A DNA stretch of 63,948 nt, filler included, from Chiloscyllium plagiosum (Eukaryota): assembly GCF_004010195.1 (NCBI RefSeq). It is 4 parts of one record of this genome, joined end to end, with 100 filler letters (N's around TTAATTAATTAA, not from the genome) between each part and the next. Parts side by side here need not be neighbours in the genome. Positions count along the whole stretch, not along the records: positions 61,393 to 63,948 come from NC_057710.1; 3 more parts are not named here. One strand, given 5' to 3'. The position numbers and the translations under genes are program-made. Positions 61,393 through 63,948 of this stretch are shown here, piece after piece (the first letter of the stretch is position 1; each line of letters opens with the position of its first letter). The notes beneath the pieces are model-generated. The model saw only the letters and a list, made by a program, of their open reading frames with translations, was not told where the DNA came from and searched no databases.

Positions 61393-61514
61393 TCTTTGGT
61401 GACCTTTAAGCGGCAATTGGATAGGTACATGGATGGGTGCTTAAGCTAGGACAAATGTTTGGCACAACATCGTGGGCCGAAGGGCCTGTTCTGTGCTGTA
61501 TTGTTCTATGTTCT
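61393..61514 (+). mobile_element. CR1 3' tail, young subfamily
   Basis: Differs from ~21843-21965 at only about 2 positions. Confidence 0.85.
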
Positions 61515-63464
61515 AAAAGCTGTCCTTTGAGAATAAGACCCTGAAACCTCTCTGTATGGGTATGGGAGCAAATGTACCAAAAAGGGGCAGAAAACTGTTG
61601 ACATATCTCAATCAATCAATCTGGCACCCCTCTCTTCATCATTCAAAAGGATTAAATGAAAGTTTCCCATTGGGCATCCTCACTTGTGGCAATGAAGGTT
61701 AAGAAAAAGAGAAATGGTACAGCAGAGCAATTACCTCATTGGGCAAGTGATGGATAGAAACAGAAGAACAGAAGTGATCACAAAATGGTTCAATTCACCT
61801 TCTTACCATGCTGATGAAAGAACTTCCACCAACAGCTCATCTCCCAGTTACGTTGCACGTTGTATCAGTAATGGTGATACCCAAGAATGAGATATCAAGC
61901 TAGCACAGTTGCGACATAGAGTAGCATGGTTTCAGAACAAAATATACGAGAAAACTCAACAGATCAGGGAGCAAGAGAAACCGGGTTTTCAGGTGGAATC
62001 TTCAGGTAGCAGAGGAGATGCAAAGAATGGTGGACAAGAAAATTTCATTGCATGCAAGTCAAAGCTCAGGGTCTTGCTGGCCAGATAAATCAAAGAAACA
62101 AGACCCTAAAAGGGTGGTCCACCTTTTTAAACTCAGTTGTCACGAAGCCTACCTGGATGAATTTTCATCTCATTAAGAAGAATTATGTGCTCACAGGATC
62201 CCAATTAATTTCGACTCAATCAACAAGTCTATTTATTCAGATACTCAACTGCAGATATGAGAAATGTACCTGACAACCTTTATGTATTCCTGGACTTCAA
62301 GGTAAGTACGTGCTGGTGATAATAGCATTAAATCAAGGTTAGATTGAGTTAAGGTATAAAGTGTCCAAAGTGCTGGCCTGGCCTGAGTGTAAATTAAAAA
62401 AAAGCACATTTGAAGCAACTAAAGGGAGGAGGATGGTGGTGTGCTCAGACCAGGGAGGATTCAATGCAGCTAAAAGGATGGACAATTGGTGGAGCATTGT
62501 CTGTTCTGGGGTGAGACACTGGGTTAAAGACTGGAAGGACAGGCTCAAAACAATTTCTGTCCTGACCTGTCCCGGGGACCTTTGTCAAGAAAGAGTCATG
62601 GGGTGATGAATGTCCAGAGGATGGTCTTTGCTGCAAGAAGCTCATTTCTGGAGGTGGATCAGAGTGGGGGAATTGGATACAGTATGGAGGGTGGGTGAGA
62701 AGCTCACTTCTGGGAGGATTGTACATTCTGGAAGGAGGTTGATGGCAAAGATGGTCTCCAGGCTGGGTGGACAGAGGTTCAAGGGGGTTTGGGGACCTGG
62801 ACGGATGTGTTACTCAGGTTTCAGGAGAAGGTAATATACACATGGATGGTATCGGTGGAAACATAATGGAGATTCAAGGGTGATGGGACTGCAGTGAATA
62901 CAAGGCAGTCAAAAAGTCAGAGTAGCACAGCATTGAAACAGACCCATCAGTCCAACCCATCCATGCTGACCAGAAATCCTAAATTAATCTAGTTCCATTT
63001 GCCAGCATTGACCCATGTCCCTCTAAAGCCAAAAAGTTGCTCCTTAAGTCCATTTTAAATCTTTTCCCTCTCACCTTAAAACTTCCTTCTATGCCCTATA
63101 GTTTTGGACTCGTGGAGATAAAGTATGAGTGAACTTGATGGGTGATACAGGATAATCATAAAAAAATTTCAGTTGAACAAAAAAAAATTCCAGTTGGAGA
63201 CTCCTGGCACACAAAGGATATGCAGTATGTGTGTGGTTTGTTTGTAGCTCTATCATGCCCAGGCATGATTGAAACGGTTCTGTGGCAAACTCCCTGAAGG
63301 GAAACTGATGATTGTGAGTGGCAGGCTTCACTCACCTGCTTTAAATCCCCCAGACAATGCCCTCTGCCTCTGTGGCCCCGAACATTTGGTCACAAGGAGC
63401 TTTCCTCTGTTATCACAAAAGATGGACCCTTCCATGGTAAGCAAGCTGGTTAAGGAGAAGCTCA

Positions 63465-63948
63465 GGAGAGGGACATTGTTTAAATTCTTGGATCATTGGG
63501 GTATGTTTTGTGGTAAGCATAAATTCTACAAGAGAAATGGTTTGCACCTTAATAGGTTAGGGACCAGCATTCTGGCAGGCAGGTTTGCTACTGCAACACC
63601 GCTACATTTAAACTAAGTAGCTGGGGTGGGGGGTGGAACAAACTGGATGTTCAAGAAGGAAATTGAAGGGAAAGTTAGAACAAGGGAAGTCAAGAAAGAC
63701 AACTGTATCAATGAGGCAGAAAACTCACAAAGGGATCATGCTGGAAGGTTGAGTGAAATAGGGGTTGATGGGAAGGTTGAGGGCAGTAACAAATTAAAAA
63801 TACTATATATGAATGCACTAAGCATTAGAAATAAGATGGATGAACTTGAGGCTCTTTTAGTAATTGGCAGATACGATGTTGTGGGGATAACTGAGACGTG
63901 GCTTCAAGTGGACAGGGCCTGGGAAATGAATATTCAAGGTTACATGTG
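63465..63948 (+). mobile_element. CR1 LINE ORF1 end and ORF2 start, continuing off the right edge
   Basis: FKFLDHWGMF..YKRNGLHLNRLGTSILA (SGNH block V), then KILYMNALSIRNKMDEL...YDVVGITETW. Confidence 0.85.

Overview
Eukaryotic, repeat-dominated, non-coding-looking DNA, most likely intronic or intergenic sequence from an elasmobranch (shark) draft assembly. The taxon is inferred from HE1-type V-SINEs, CR1/HER1-type LINEs with (TTCTATG/AGAACAT)n tails, and the mix of Penelope and Harbinger families. No intact host gene can be identified, and nearly every ORF in the supplied track is a decayed transposon fragment or antisense noise. The window contains many CR1 LINEs, often nested, including one SGNH-esterase ORF1 open to the left edge, plus a second L2/CR1-group LINE family and an L1/Tx1 3' end. 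It also holds a ~6.2 kb decayed Gmr1-type Gypsy element (integrase upstream of RT), a related solo LTR with a 4-bp TSD, two PIF/Harbinger remnants (transposase; Myb/SANT-like gene), several Penelope-like fragments, tRNA-derived SINEs and a decayed 5S rRNA-derived copy. Most notable: (1) Penelope termini repeatedly carry a minimal hammerhead-ribozyme core; (2) removing the Gypsy element reveals a same-strand array of Pol III-derived units (four tRNA-like SINEs plus a 5S copy); (3) both LTRs were hit independently by the same Penelope family ~40 bp apart; (4) a few exon-like segments lie in unique DNA. The TTAATTAATTAA words centred in 100-nt N gaps are scaffolding artefacts. I see no convincing evidence of a wholly new biological system. 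Repeat boundaries were read by eye and are approximate unless a TSD or terminus is quoted.
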